Shown: positions 48,113 to 59,731 of the stretch, one piece after another | Layout of the letters: each line of letters begins with the position of its first letter | Position numbering within the stretch: the stretch's first letter is position 1 | Source of the DNA: Okamejei kenojei | Lineage: Eukaryota | Assembly (NCBI GenBank): GCA_035221665.1 | Contig: CM069146.1 | Coordinates: forward strand, 52,948,001-53,012,000 | Length of the DNA: 64,000 nt | Direction: 5' to 3' | Notes under the pieces: generated by a model | The model's database searches: none | Seen by the model: only the letters and a program-made list of their open reading frames with translations | What the model was told of the DNA's origin: nothing | Program-made: the position numbers and the translations under genes

Positions 48113-49040
48113 ATCACAGTTTAGATTTAGAGGCTGAATTTTGACAAGGCCTGGTAACAAATGCATGTACCACACTGTTATCCACTTAGCCACAATAGGA
48201 TCTTATTTTTCAACTACTCATAACGGATATGGGGGGAAAATATCCTTACCAACAAGGTTGAAAGTTTAGCTGTGTGAAAAAAAAATCTAGCACTTATTTG
48301 AACCATTGATTTCTAAATTAATTTCTATATGTTCATGAGCAATATGGCGTAACCATTGTTTGATAACGTTACGTGAGATATGTAGGAATATTGCTAAGTG
48401 TGTCCCTGTTAAATGCAGAAACTATTTGGCGCTTCATCAATGTAATGTATATATATATATCTTGATGGTAAGATGTTGTGAAGATGAGTGAGTATGGTAA
48501 TTTTATTTATTTATTTATATTTCTTTACTGGCTGCCAACTGCTTTAAAAAAACGAAAATGCCCCTTGTATTTGTGCAATCTAAAGGTTTTATTAATAACC
48601 CTAATTGCATTTTTGTTTAATTTCCTCTTTTCATTCTCGTGCATTTCCTTCTTAATTTCTTCTTTCTTGAATGCTTTCAATGTATGCAGAAAAGAACGTT
48701 ATGACAAATTTCTTTTGATATTTATTAATTGAGATATGTTTCTTTTGGGATGTTATGGAAGTGGTATATTTATGCCCAAATTAAAAGCACTCGGTTTTAT
48801 TTAATGGAAGATCATATTCTGTGATGTATATTCAAATAATCCTAATGAATCGTGCCCAAAATATACTCCACTTATTCATCTGCCTTTTTTATTTTAAGCC
48901 ATGGCGGAATTTATACACTCCCCACTTAAAACATTTTATTTTCAAATGATTAATTTGATATTTTCCACAAAGTTTCACCATTTATTTCACAAGTTATGTT
49001 TCACAGTTGGTTTCTTGTAAATATAAAGCTGTATAATGCA
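48113..49040 (+). other. CADPS 3' UTR (3' end uncertain)
   Basis: TE-free AU-rich stretch after the stop codon; ATTTA cluster 48501-48520; candidate poly(A) signals ATTAAA 48780-48785 and TATAAA near 49022; first SINE resumes at about 49365. Confidence 0.65.
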
Positions 49041-49364
49041 TTCGGAAAAGTAGCTGCATGATAAAGGCATCACTTTTTCCTCCCAAAGCTCTTAGTCTCT
49101 GTGTGAAGTAGCTGGTGATGGAAACACCATCTTGCTTTGGCCTTAAGCCCACAGCTGTACCATGGAAAACTGTGGATTCTTAGTAAATTGTACAAACGTA
49201 AGTCACCCGTGCTTTTTAAATCATGTTATAAATATGCTATTCTGTACCATCACAATGTCCGAACACATTCTTTTTCTTTCTCGAATGCACAATTTTGGAA
49301 TGAAATTTGCTATCCGAAAAGTGGGTATCGGGCAGTTGAATTTAATAACATAGGAAACTGTCAG

Positions 49365-49623
49365 GGTCAACACAGTAGCAGCCAGTAGAGCTGTTGCCTC
49401 ACAGCACGAGAGACCCGGGTTTGATCCTGACCTCGGATGCTGTCCATGCGGAGTTTGCACGTTCTCCCCGTGACTGCTTGGGTTCCCCCCCCCCCTCCCC
49501 CGTTTCATCCCTCGTCCCAAAGACGTGCGGGTTAATTGGCCTTCTGTAAATTTCCCCTGCGTAGGGAGTGGAGTCGGTGGACCGAAGGGCCTGCGTCCGT
49601 GTGGTATCTCAAAACTAAACTAA
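49365..49623 (+). mobile_element. V-SINE copy
   Basis: GAGACCCGGGTTTGATCC B box, GGAGTTTGCACGTTCTCCCCGTG V-domain, (AAACT)n tail. Confidence 0.78.
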
Positions 49624-50674
49624 TTTCAAAATGGCAGGAAGCAGAAGAAAGAATTAATTTTCATCAGAATTAAACCAGCTCACTGCTATCATGTGTAAAA
49701 GGATCCATGACAAACAGCCTCCTGATTCTTACTTTAGAAATAACATCAGGTAGAAGTGAAAGGTCTGTGCGGACACTGCCTAAAGCTGGTGAATTACATT
49801 ATGTTGGAGCGTCGCAGTGTATTTGCACCCAAGACCAACTAAACCAACATGACAATCACTTGTCCTGTTTCACTCAATATTAAAACAGCCCAAAATTCCA
49901 CGGGAAGAAATCAATAGACTGTATACTTTGCAAAGTGGAAGCCAATGCACAGTATACTCGGCGATATCACAGTGTTGGAACATTTCTACCTACAAATATG
50001 TGCAATATCGACAAAGGTTAATGCGCTGACAACACTAGTTTATTGCAGCTAGTAATAAATATTATAGATTCTGATGATGGCAAGGCTGTCAATGCTCTAT
50101 AGAACCATCTATGAATTGCAACATGTGTGACTGATAACTCTAAAGTGAGATTAAAGAATCTTGTTGGTGTATACTTGTTAAAACCTGCAGTTGTTTTGGG
50201 TTTCAATGTAGTGAAGATTATTGGGATTATTATTTTTCTGCGCCACTTACCAACACAATGCGGGCAGAAATGGTGCACACACACACACACCTCCGAAAAA
50301 AAGTGGTGAAGACCTTGGTTGTATCTAGGTTCCTGTGATCCCTTCACCGGAGTGATCAAGTGAGGAATCTAGCATGCAAATTCACCCTTACATCCACAGT
50401 GTTAAGTGCCATTCAGAAAAAAAGCACACACATTTTGTCACACTTCTGTTGTACGCACACAATCAAGTTGTTCCTTACATTTAGTTACAATTACACAACC
50501 ACTAATTTCAATTTTTTTCCTCTTCTTGGTACGAGCGGGGGAACTGTGGAGCAAAGAATGACCAAAGCCTTGGGCATGTAGAGAAGGGTCTCAACCCGAA
50601 ACGTCAACCATTCCTTCGCTCCAGAGATGCTGCCTGTCCCGCTGAGTTACTGCAGCATTTTGTATCTAGCTTTA

Positions 50675-50977
50675 AGGGCGCCTGTCCCACTTTCCCGAGT
50701 TACTCACGAATTCTCGCGAGTTTCCCCCTTGATTCAAACTCGGAGAATGTCCATGGTGAGTCCGTAGGAGTCCGTAGATATATATCGTAGCGGCTCGTTA
50801 TGCCAGCCGTAGGTACTCGGGGCATCAGGTAAGTCGGGACGTTTTTTCCAGCATGACAAAATATGTCCACGAGTATTGATAGTCGTGAGGAGGAGTTCGC
50901 AGATCACAAAAATCTTGATTTTTTTTGTTAAGGTCCTTTCAACTCGGCATAGGACTCGGGAAAGTGGGACAGGCCCT
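50675..50977. mobile_element. PIF/Harbinger-type MITE
   Basis: TTA TSD at 50672-50674 and 50978-50980; TIR AGGGC..CTGTCCCACTTTCCCGAGT / ACTCGGGAAAGTGGGACAGGCCCT. Confidence 0.8.
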
Positions 50978-51798
50978 TTAGAAAGAAAAATAGCTTTAGA
51001 AAGAAAAATAGCTTCTGGTCGTTAAGTGGAAAAGTTCTGCAGTTGTGAATAGTAAAACAAAAGATTAAAATCTGAAATTGGGATGTTAAAATATCCATGT
51101 TTTCATGAACTACATAATCTCTAATGATTATCCAAGACGTTAAATTTTCCTACTGATCAGGAAGTTGTTGAGCACAATATTTGCATCCCGTGACACAGTA
51201 ACTATCAGCTAGCTACTTCCAAGAGTAGCCCTTTATAGTTAACATGTTTTCCATATCATCACAGAGTCTACGCTATGTGAGATTGCCAACAGAATGAACC
51301 ATTAATAGCAATTAATTCTCAATAAAATAGAAAAGAATGCTGATCTTTGGAATTCGTTGCCATAGATGGCTGTGGAGGCCAAGTCAATGGGTATGTTAAG
51401 GCGCAGTTTGACAGATTCTCAATTGGTAAGGGTGTCAAGGGTTATGGAGAGAAGGCACGAGAATGGGGTAGAGAGGGAACAAAAGATCCGCCATGATGGC
51501 CTGAATGGCCTCATTTTGCTCCGATAACTTATGAACGTATCTGTTGGAGATCTCTGAGATCATAGAAGACTGTTTGACAAGGTAGACGAGGATGTTGTGG
51601 GAAATCATAAAAATATTGAACACAAAATAGTATAGCACGTGAACAGGCCCTTCAGCCCACAATGTTTGTGCTGGTTGTGCTGCTAAGATCCTTGTCTGAC
51701 AACACATGAGCCATATCCATGTGTGTATCTGTATGATGGCTAACAAATCTGGGAGGGAATTATGGAGGACAACTGTACCTGGACTATAAATTATGGAA

Positions 51799-52006
51799 GA
51801 TAATGGAAGACGCAATGTGTTGGAGTAACTCAACAGGACAGGCGGCATCTTTGGAGGGAAGGAATGGGTGACATTTTGGATCGAGACCCTTCTTCTGACC
51901 TAAAATGCCCCCCATTCCTTCTCTCCAGAGATGCTGCCTGTCCCTCTGAGTTACTCCAGCATTTTGTGTCTATCTTCGGTGTAACCAGCAGTTCCTTCCT
52001 ACACAG
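51799..52006. mobile_element. Penelope-like fold-back element with 12-bp TSD
   Basis: TSD TAAATTATGGAA at 51787-51798 and 52007-52018; inverted arms; long tail CAGTTCCTTCCTACAC on the right. Confidence 0.75.
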
Positions 52007-52124
52007 TAAATTATGGAACTTGATGTTGCAACGAAAAGGGAAGAAAATGTACAATGTTTTCAAAAAGAAGTCAGGTAGTAACTCCTGCACTTTGTATGGG
52101 TACGCTGTACCTTTTAGCATATAT

Positions 52125-52437
52125 CCCACTGATGTCATGGGTTTACAATGATTCCTCGACATGGTCAACTACCTGGGTAAATTTATTCCTAACCTCAGCG
52201 AGTTATCGGCTCCCGTGCACGAGCTGGCACACAAAGACACAGCATGGTCCTGGTACCCGCAGCACCAAAGGGCGTTTGACACCCTCAAGCTACAACTGCC
52301 CAGCGAGCCAGCACTTTCATATTTTGATCTAAAGTTACCGGTTACGATCACCTGCGATGCGTCCCAGTACAGGCTAGGCACGCCATGCCTACAGACCACT
52401 ACCGATGGCGGCATCAAACCCGTCTCATACGCTTCCC
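52125..52437 (+). mobile_element. Gypsy/Ty3-type LTR-retrotransposon pol fragment (RT C-terminus to RNase H start)
   Basis: PTDVMGLQ*FLDMVNYLGKFIPNLSELSAPVHEL...W...AFDTLK...LSYFD...TCDASQY.LG...PVSYAS, with one in-frame stop. Confidence 0.85.
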
Positions 52438-52619
52438 ACTTCTGACACCATGTTACTACGAGACTCAAACACACGTAAAGATTCTTTAATACATCTTTAT
52501 TAAACACTTACAGCATTGGATCTGCAGTACGTTACATCTCCGAGCTGCTGCATCTACTGCCTGACGTAGGCGAGTTCTTAATATTATAAAGCATGTACTC
52601 GGCGGGGCTACTACTAACA
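52434..52619 (-). mobile_element. LTR (52451-52619) with adjacent tRNA-Leu primer-binding site (52434-52450)
   Basis: TGTTA...TAACA termini; AATAAA on minus at about 52496-52501; minus-strand TGGTGTCAGAAGTGGGA is complementary to the tRNA-Leu 3' end ...TCCCACTTCTGACACCA. Confidence 0.75.
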
Positions 52620-53261
52620 AGCATTATGATGGGCTAGAAATGCAATAGGCGATCTACAATTTCTGTGCAACAGATGTCGGTGCTATTGTTGAGACCATTT
52701 TTAATGTAGAGATTTTCAGACTACAGACAACTTTGTTCAAGCAAGTTTTTTCCCCATAGCTTGTATATGAAACTGAGACTCAGAGTGCATAAATGTATTT
52801 TATGTTAGGTTAATAGAAACAACAGATAATGAGACTTTCCCCAACAGACTGAACTAGATGTAAAGCATAATTACAAAGATGAAAAGTTATTGTAAATTCA
52901 GAACCTGGACTTCATACCATGCAATTGTTGATCTGGTGGCACCACAACATTTAAAGAAAGAGGTTATATGGGCTTCTCTTAAACATAATAAGGGTACAGC
53001 TATAAGATGTGCACAATACTAGAAACCACAAGGCTTTGAGAACTATAAATAAGGTTTAGGTTTATTACTGACACGTGTTTGGAGGTATACTGAAAAGCTT
53101 TATTTTGCATGCAATCCAGTCAAATCCAATAATGCCATACAAAAACACAATCGAGCCAAACTCAAGTGCAATAGCTCGAGCAAAGGGGAAGATACCGAGT
53201 GCAGAATTTTCTTTAAGTAGGAATTGCTCAAATCCAAAGAAAGGAACACATTTCAGTTCAT

Positions 53262-53565
53262 GGGCGGCATGGTGGCGCAGCGGTAGAGTTGCTGCCTTGC
53301 AGCGCCAGAGACCCAGGTTCAATCCAGACTACAGGTGCTGTCTGTACGGAGTTTGTACGTTCTCCCGTGACCTGCGTGGGTTTTCTCCGAGATGTTCGGT
53401 TTCCTCCCACACTCCAAAGACATACAGGTTAGTAGGTTAATTGGCTTGGTATGTGTAAATTGACCCTGTGTGTAGGAAAGTGTTAATGTGCGGGGATCGC
53501 TGGTTGGTGTGGGCTCGGAGGGCTGAAGGGCCTGTTTCGACGCTGTATCTCTAAACTAAACTAAA
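53262..53565 (+). mobile_element. Full-length V-SINE (best reference copy)
   Basis: A box TGGCGCAGCGG, B box GGTTCAATCC, V-domain GGAGTTTGTACGTTCTCCCGTG...CGGTTTCCTCCCACACTCCAAAGAC, tail GAAGGGCCTGTTTCG...TGTATCTC(TAAAC)n. Confidence 0.88.
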
Positions 53566-53981
53566 TATAAATTATAGGAACAGAATTAAGCCCATCAAGT
53601 CTACTCCGCCATTCAATCATGGGTGATCCATCGTTCCCTCTCAACCCCATTCTCCTGCCACCTCCCCATTACCCCTGACACCCGTACTGATCAATAATTT
53701 GTCAATCTCCACCTTCCATTGACTTGGCCTCCACGGCTATCTGACAATGGATTCCACAGATTCACCACCAGTTAAGAGGAAGGAACTGAGAGACAAAAAG
53801 TATAAATTGGATATCTTTTCCGGTTACGATCTTATACATCACAGCAATTAAAATGACAACTGCTGTGGCTATAAACTTAATTTAATTATATTCCACCCTA
53901 TGTGTCCACGGGGTCCTGTGCCTAGCTCGGCTTGTTTTTGTATGCACTGAATTCACCACAAAACAATATCACATTACAGTA

Positions 53982-54194
53982 GGAAAGAACAGCAGATGCT
54001 GGTTTAAATCGAATGTAGACACAAAAATGCTAGAGTAAGTCAGCGGGTCAGACAGCATCTCTGGAGAGAAGGAATGGGTGACGTTTCGGGTCGAGGCCCT
54101 TCTCCACAAGAAAGGCCTCGACCCGAAACGTCACCCATTCCTTCTCTCCAGAGACGCTGTCTGACCCACTGAGTTACTCCAGCATTTTGTGTCC
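53982..54194. mobile_element. Penelope-like fold-back element with 14-bp TSD
   Basis: TSD ATCACATTACAGTA at 53968-53981 and 54195-54208; about 85-bp inverted arms around a short spacer near 54104-54110. Confidence 0.8.
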
Positions 54195-54244
54195 ATCACA
54201 TTACAGTAATTATGACGGGAATACACCACAACAATCTATTCTTA

Positions 54245-55180
54245 GGGATAGCGGAGTTAAGGGATATGGGGAGAAGGCAGGAACGGGGTACTGATTGTGG
54301 ATGATCAGCCATGATCACATTGAATGGTGGTGCTGGCTCGAAGGGCTGAATGGCCTACTCCTGCACCCATTGTCTATTCTAATGTTCTAACAGTCCATGA
54401 ATCAAGTTGCAAAAGGAAATACAGCACAAGATACGGCATTTCCTCTAATAAAACAAAAATGATTATACACTAAAGATTCAGCACTAGTAATAGTCCCTGA
54501 GATAGCATCATAGAAACAGGCCCTTCAGCCCAACTTGCCCACGTCGACCAAGATGCCCTATCTGCACCAGTCTCACATGCCGGCGTTTGCCCCATATCCT
54601 TCTAATCCATGTACCTGTCAAATGCCTTTTAAATGTTGTGATAGTACCTGCCTCAACTACCTCCTCAGGCAGCTCATTCCATACATCCACCACCCTGTGT
54701 ATGACAAACCTTTCCCTCGGGTTCCTTTTAAATCTTTCTCCTCTCACCTTAAAACTATGTGCTCTAATTCCCTACTCTGGGTAAAAGACTGTGTGCATTC
54801 AGGCTACCTAATCCCTCATGGAGGTTTGCTGGTTGGAAACATACATACTGACCCAGAGCTACAAAACACGGCATTAGAGACATTAATGTTCTTCAAACAA
54901 TAAACAAAGCATCATAAGGTCATGTTACATGAGAAGAATTAGGCCATTTGGCTCATCAAGTCGACTCTAGCATTCAATCATGGCTGATCTATCTTTCCCT
55001 CTCACTCCCATTCTCCTGCCTTCTCCCCATAACTCTTAACACCCAAGTAAGAATGTCATTGTCTTATCTGGGACACATGACAATAAAACTCTCTTGACTC
55101 TTGACTAATCAAGAATCTATCGATCTCTGCCTTAAAAAATATCCATTGACTTGGCCTCCACAGCCTTCTGTGGCAATGAT
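54245..55180. mobile_element. Cluster of CR1 3' fragments
   Basis: Plus tail 54245-54385; ORF 54508..54747 (-) RVVDVWNELPEEVVEAG; minus tail 54915-55180. Confidence 0.75.
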
Positions 55181-55476
55181 TCCCATGTAATACTGGAGAG
55201 TCAACAAACCTTGTAATTGTTGAAGAAAACCCATTTAAAAAGATGATCATTTTGCCTGTTGACTGAAGCTCCCAAGCTTCTTATGTAACCTGCAACGTCT
55301 GACCCACATGCCTGCTGCAAGAATCAAGAACAGTGGATTAGCAAGACTCCAGTCTGTAATCTGTGTGATGTTGCACCTCCCAGGGATTCTTCGAGTACCA
55401 GCTTCATGCAGAACAGAAACACTTGCTGAACAAATACCATTGCTCTACAAGTTGACTTGCATGACAAACAAGCAAA

Positions 55477-55783
55477 GGGGCAGCACGATGGCGCAACTGG
55501 TAGATCCGCTGCCTCACAGCACCAGAGACCCGGTTCAATCCTGACCTCGGGTGCTGTGTGCGTGGAGTTTGCACATTCTCCCTGTAACGCCATCGGATTC
55601 CTCCCACGTCCTAAAGATGCGCAGGTTCGTAGATCAACTGGTATTCGTAAATTGCCCCTAGTGTGTCGGGAGTGATGAGGAAGTGGGGTAACATCAGATT
55701 AGTGAGCACAGGTGATTGATGGCCATCATGGACTTGGTGAGCCGAAGGGCCAGTTTCCATGCTGCATCTTTCAATCAATCAAT
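55477..55783 (+). mobile_element. V-SINE copy with (TCAA)n tail
   Basis: GGGGCAGCACGATGGCGCA head, CGGTTCAATCC B box, GCCGAAGGGCCAGTTTCCATGCTG tail. Confidence 0.78.
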
Positions 55784-55889
55784 TAAAGGCTATGCTTCTT
55801 GCATAGAACGTCTAAAACTGTTTTCATCGAACACAGATCCTATCATTTGTGTCTCACAACCATTTACCCAGAACATTCGCCTCCATACT

Positions 55890-56382
55890 CACAGGGAGTA
55901 CAGAGAAGGTTCACCAGACTGATTCCTGGGATGGCAGGACTTTCATATGAAGAAAGACTGGATAGACTCGGCTTGTACTCGCTAGAATTTAGAAGATTGA
56001 GGGGGGATCTTATAGAAACTTTAAAAATTCTTAAGGGGTTGGACAGGCTAGATGCAGGAAGATTGTTCCCGTTGTTGGGGAAGTCCAGAACAAGGGGTCA
56101 CAGTTTAAAGATAAGGGGGAAGGGAACAAGATGAGAAAAACATTTTTCACACAGAGTGATGAATCTGTGGAATTCTCTGCCACAGAAGGTAGTTGAGGCC
56201 AGTTCATTGGCTATATTTAAGTGGGAGTTAGATGTGACCCTTGTGGCTAAAGGGATCAGGGGGTGTGGAGAGAAGGCAGGTACAGGATACTGAGTTGGTT
56301 GATCAGCCATGATCATATTGAATGGCGGTGCAGGCTCGAATGGCCGAATAGCCTACTCCTGCACCTATTTTCTATGTTTCTA
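55890..56382 (+). mobile_element. CR1 LINE 3' fragment
   Basis: ORF 55799..56134 GVQRRFTRLIPGMAGLSYEERLDRLGLYSLEFRRLRGDLIE...RTRGHSL; (TTTCTATG)n tail. Confidence 0.88.
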
Positions 56383-56623
56383 TACCTCACTGAAGCTCAA
56401 ACACGACAGCCTGGGTTAACTCAAAGTACAAAGCACTGTCTTTGCCAAGGACATTGTGGGTTTTATATCCAGGCGGCAAGCTTGCAAAGGCTGGCGGATA
56501 AGGCACATTGGTACGTGCAACTGGGACAGGCATGTTACAGTTATAAAGGAATAGGTGCCGTTCTGGGTCAAGACCCTTCCTTAGTCTGCCGACCCGATCT
56601 TCAGGTGCTGGAAAAATTGAAGG

Positions 56624-56713
56624 TGGACAAAAATGCTAGAGAAACTCAGTGGGTGAGGCAGCATCTCTGGAGAGAAGGAATGGGTGACGTTTCGGGTCAG
56701 GACCCTTCTTCAG
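56624..56713 (-). mobile_element. Penelope-like arm with intact minimal hammerhead core (56686-56713)
   Basis: Minus strand: CTGAAGA-A-GGGTCCTGACCC-GAAAC-GTC-ACCCATTCC. Confidence 0.65.
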
Positions 56714-57845
56714 CCGAAGCTGTATTAATCTATGACTATGCACGGTGGAATCTTGGCTAAGGCTGGATTCTCAGCAGCCTGCACCTGAAGTCTCTGTTCA
56801 CTAAGTGCCACGTAAGCAGATACTCTTTCATCAGCCAAATAGAAACCCAATCTGAATTTCTCAATCATTTTGCTTGGAGACCCAAGCATAGCAACGGAAA
56901 AACTTAACAATAGGTGTAGGCTAATCATCCGTTTTAAGCAATTCCCTAATTTAGATTGATCAGATATAATTCATATTGCAACTCAGTTTTCCTGCCACTG
57001 ATCCACTTCATACCCTTACCTAATAAAAATGTTTTATATGTCAGTCATAAAAATTCATGTCACAGCAAACCCTCGTCATAACAGACCATAGATGTGGTGA
57101 GGGATGGTGTCCACTATTGCCGATTGTCCACAGTAGCCAAGTAAAGTATTATTGTATAAGTAGCAGAAACAAACCACTGCCGTTGTTGGTAAATACACAA
57201 AAGGACAGAGAGTGCTGGAGTAACTCAGCGGGTCAGGCAGCATCTCTGGAGAACATGGATAGGTGACGTTTTGGGTCGGGACCCGTCTTCAGCCTCTCGG
57301 TCTGGAACTGGGCCTGGGATCCAGGTGAATTGACGGCTCCCGACCTGCTGGCAGCTGGTGAGCAGGTGAGGATCGGAGGAGTCAATGGTCGCGGCCCATG
57401 GACGTGGGTCAGAGGAGGCGGTGGCAGGCACGGCCTGGAAGTGGCCTGGAAGCTGTGTAGGCTCCAGCATTTCTAGGGGGCTTCTGAGGGGGCTCTTGTA
57501 ATTTTGTCCAGATTAAAGGAAGTGCCGGACCATCAGTTGCTAGAAAATCGTGGTGGACTTGTGGATTTGTCATCTGTCAAATACTCTGAAGTGGTGAAAA
57601 GTCGTCTCCTCCTCCTGTAGTGAATCAACCCTGAGATTAAAACCAACATTCACTGCCCTTTTGGATTTGTTTTTAAATAAATGTCCAAGTTTTGTGTGAA
57701 TTGTATACTTGGGCATCCAAGTCCCTCTACTCTGCTCAAGTACCTTTTCCATCAGTTAGACGAGATTCTAAATTGTATTTCTTCTCTGCAGTGCAGTTAC
57801 CTACTTTCCCATTGAACATTTGCCGCAGTTTTCAAACATAGAACT

Positions 57846-58053
57846 GTATAGACAGAAAGTGGTGGAGTCATTAAGTGGGTCAGACAGCAGCCCTGGAGGA
57901 AGTAGATTGGTGGGGACCCTTTCTCAGACTGAAGAATGGTCCCAAACCAAAATGTCACCTATCCACATTCTCCAGAGGTGCTGCCTGACCCACTGAGTTA
58001 CTCCAGCACTTTGTGTTCTTTTTCTTAACTAGCACCTGCAGTTCTTTGTTTCT
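57846..58053. mobile_element. Older Penelope-like fold-back element with 10-bp TSD
   Basis: TSD ACATAGAACT at 57836-57845 and 58054-58063; diverged inverted arms. Confidence 0.65.
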
Positions 58054-58964
58054 ACATAGAACTTCGGCTCATAGTGCCCATGCCGAACATGATGCTAAGT
58101 TAAACTAATCTTCTCTTCATATCAACATTAGAAAATGGAAAAACATTATTTTTTTAATCAATTGACCATCCAAAACTCAAGTCTCATATTTTTTCTCAAC
58201 ATTCCCAAACAAAACATGGATATAAACAATATTTTAAAAAATCTGATTTGACACTTTCAACAAAAACTTTATAATCTTCTCAGTTCAATCATGTTTAAAA
58301 GCCTGACTTTACCTCTCTTGTGGTTGTGGTTAAAGCTTTAGCATTTCACAAACTCTTGTCTCCAATTCAACATGTTGTCCAGGTCTGAAGGCCGTTCTGA
58401 GCATGTGCAAACCCACTACTTCCCATCATGCATGGGGATCATTTCAATCCATGGAGCAATAATTCATTTGCATTTCAAAATCAAATAAGGAAATGTTATG
58501 GGATAAATAGTGAATCAGCATTCAGGAAAATTGTAAATTGGATAGAATTGTCAGCAATATGTGTGAATGTAAGTGTGTGAGTGAGAGAGAGAGAACATAT
58601 TGGGAAACAACTTCATGGCTCAGATATCAATTCAGTTTAGTTTAATTTATTGTCGTGTGTACTGAGGTACAGTGAAAAGCTTTTGTTGCGTGCTATCCAG
58701 TCAGCGGAAAGACAATATACGATTACAATTGAGCCGTTTACTGTGTACAGATATATGATAAGGGAATAACGTTTAGTGCAAGGTAAAGCCAGCAAAGACC
58801 GAACAAGGTCTGAGGGTCACTAATGAGGTAGATAGCAGTTCAAGACTGCTCTCTGGTTGTGGTAGGACAATTCAGTTGCCTGATAACAGCTGGGAAGAAA
58901 CTGTCCCTGAATCTGGAGGTATGCGTTTTCACAAATGGCATTTTTTAATTTTAAAACTATCGAG

Positions 58965-59731
58965 TCACAGAGTCACACAGCATGGAAACAGGCCCTTTGA
59001 CTCAACCTGGCCATGCTTTGCAAGATGTCCCTCCTGCCCATGTTTGGCCCATATCCCTCGGAGTCTCTTCCATATATCTGCCCAAATATCTTTTAAATGT
59101 TGTTATAGTACCTACCTCAACGACTTCCTCTGCCGGCTCCTTCCATATACCCACCACCCTCTGTGTGAAAATGTTGCCCCTGAGAATGCTATTAAATCTT
59201 TCCGCTCTCACAGTTAAAGTATAAGGGGTAAGCCATTTAGAACGGAGATGAGGAAACACTTTTTCACACAGAGAGTTGAGAGTCTGGAATTCACTGCCTC
59301 AGAGCGCGGTGGAGGCCGGTTCTCTGGATACTTTCAAGAGAGAGCTAGATAGGGCTCTTAAAGATAGCGGAGTCAGGGGATATGGGGAGAAGGCTGGAAC
59401 AGGGTACAGATTATGGATGATCAGCCACGATCGCATTGAATGACGGTGCTGGCTCGAAGGGCCGAATGGCCTACTCCTGCACCTATTGTCAATTGTCTAT
59501 TGTCACCCTAAACCTATGTCCTCTGGTTCTTGATTCTTCTACTCTGGGTAAAAGACTCCGTGCCTTCACCCGATCTATCCCCCTCATGATGTTATACACC
59601 TCTATAAGATTACCCCTCAGCCCCCGGTGTTCCAAGGAGTAAAGTCCTTGCCTGTCCAGCCTCTCCCTATAGTTAAGGCCCTCAAGTCCTGGCAACATCC
59701 TCGTAAGTCTTCTCTGCGCCCTTTCCAGCTT
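58965..59731. mobile_element. Minus-strand CR1 fragment split by a plus-strand CR1 tail (about 59210-59505)
   Basis: ORFs 59002..59259 and 59489..59755 (-) are contiguous CR1 protein once the insert ending (TGTCTAT)n is removed. Confidence 0.78.

Noticed and set aside
52434-52450. tRNA-Leu gene fragment
   Set aside because: Only the 3' 17 nt including encoded CCA, abutting an LTR; better explained as a primer-binding site.
53262-53330. tRNA gene (A and B boxes)
   Set aside because: It is the tRNA-derived head of a V-SINE repeated many times in the window; it continues into the V-domain and LINE tail and I see no full cloverleaf.
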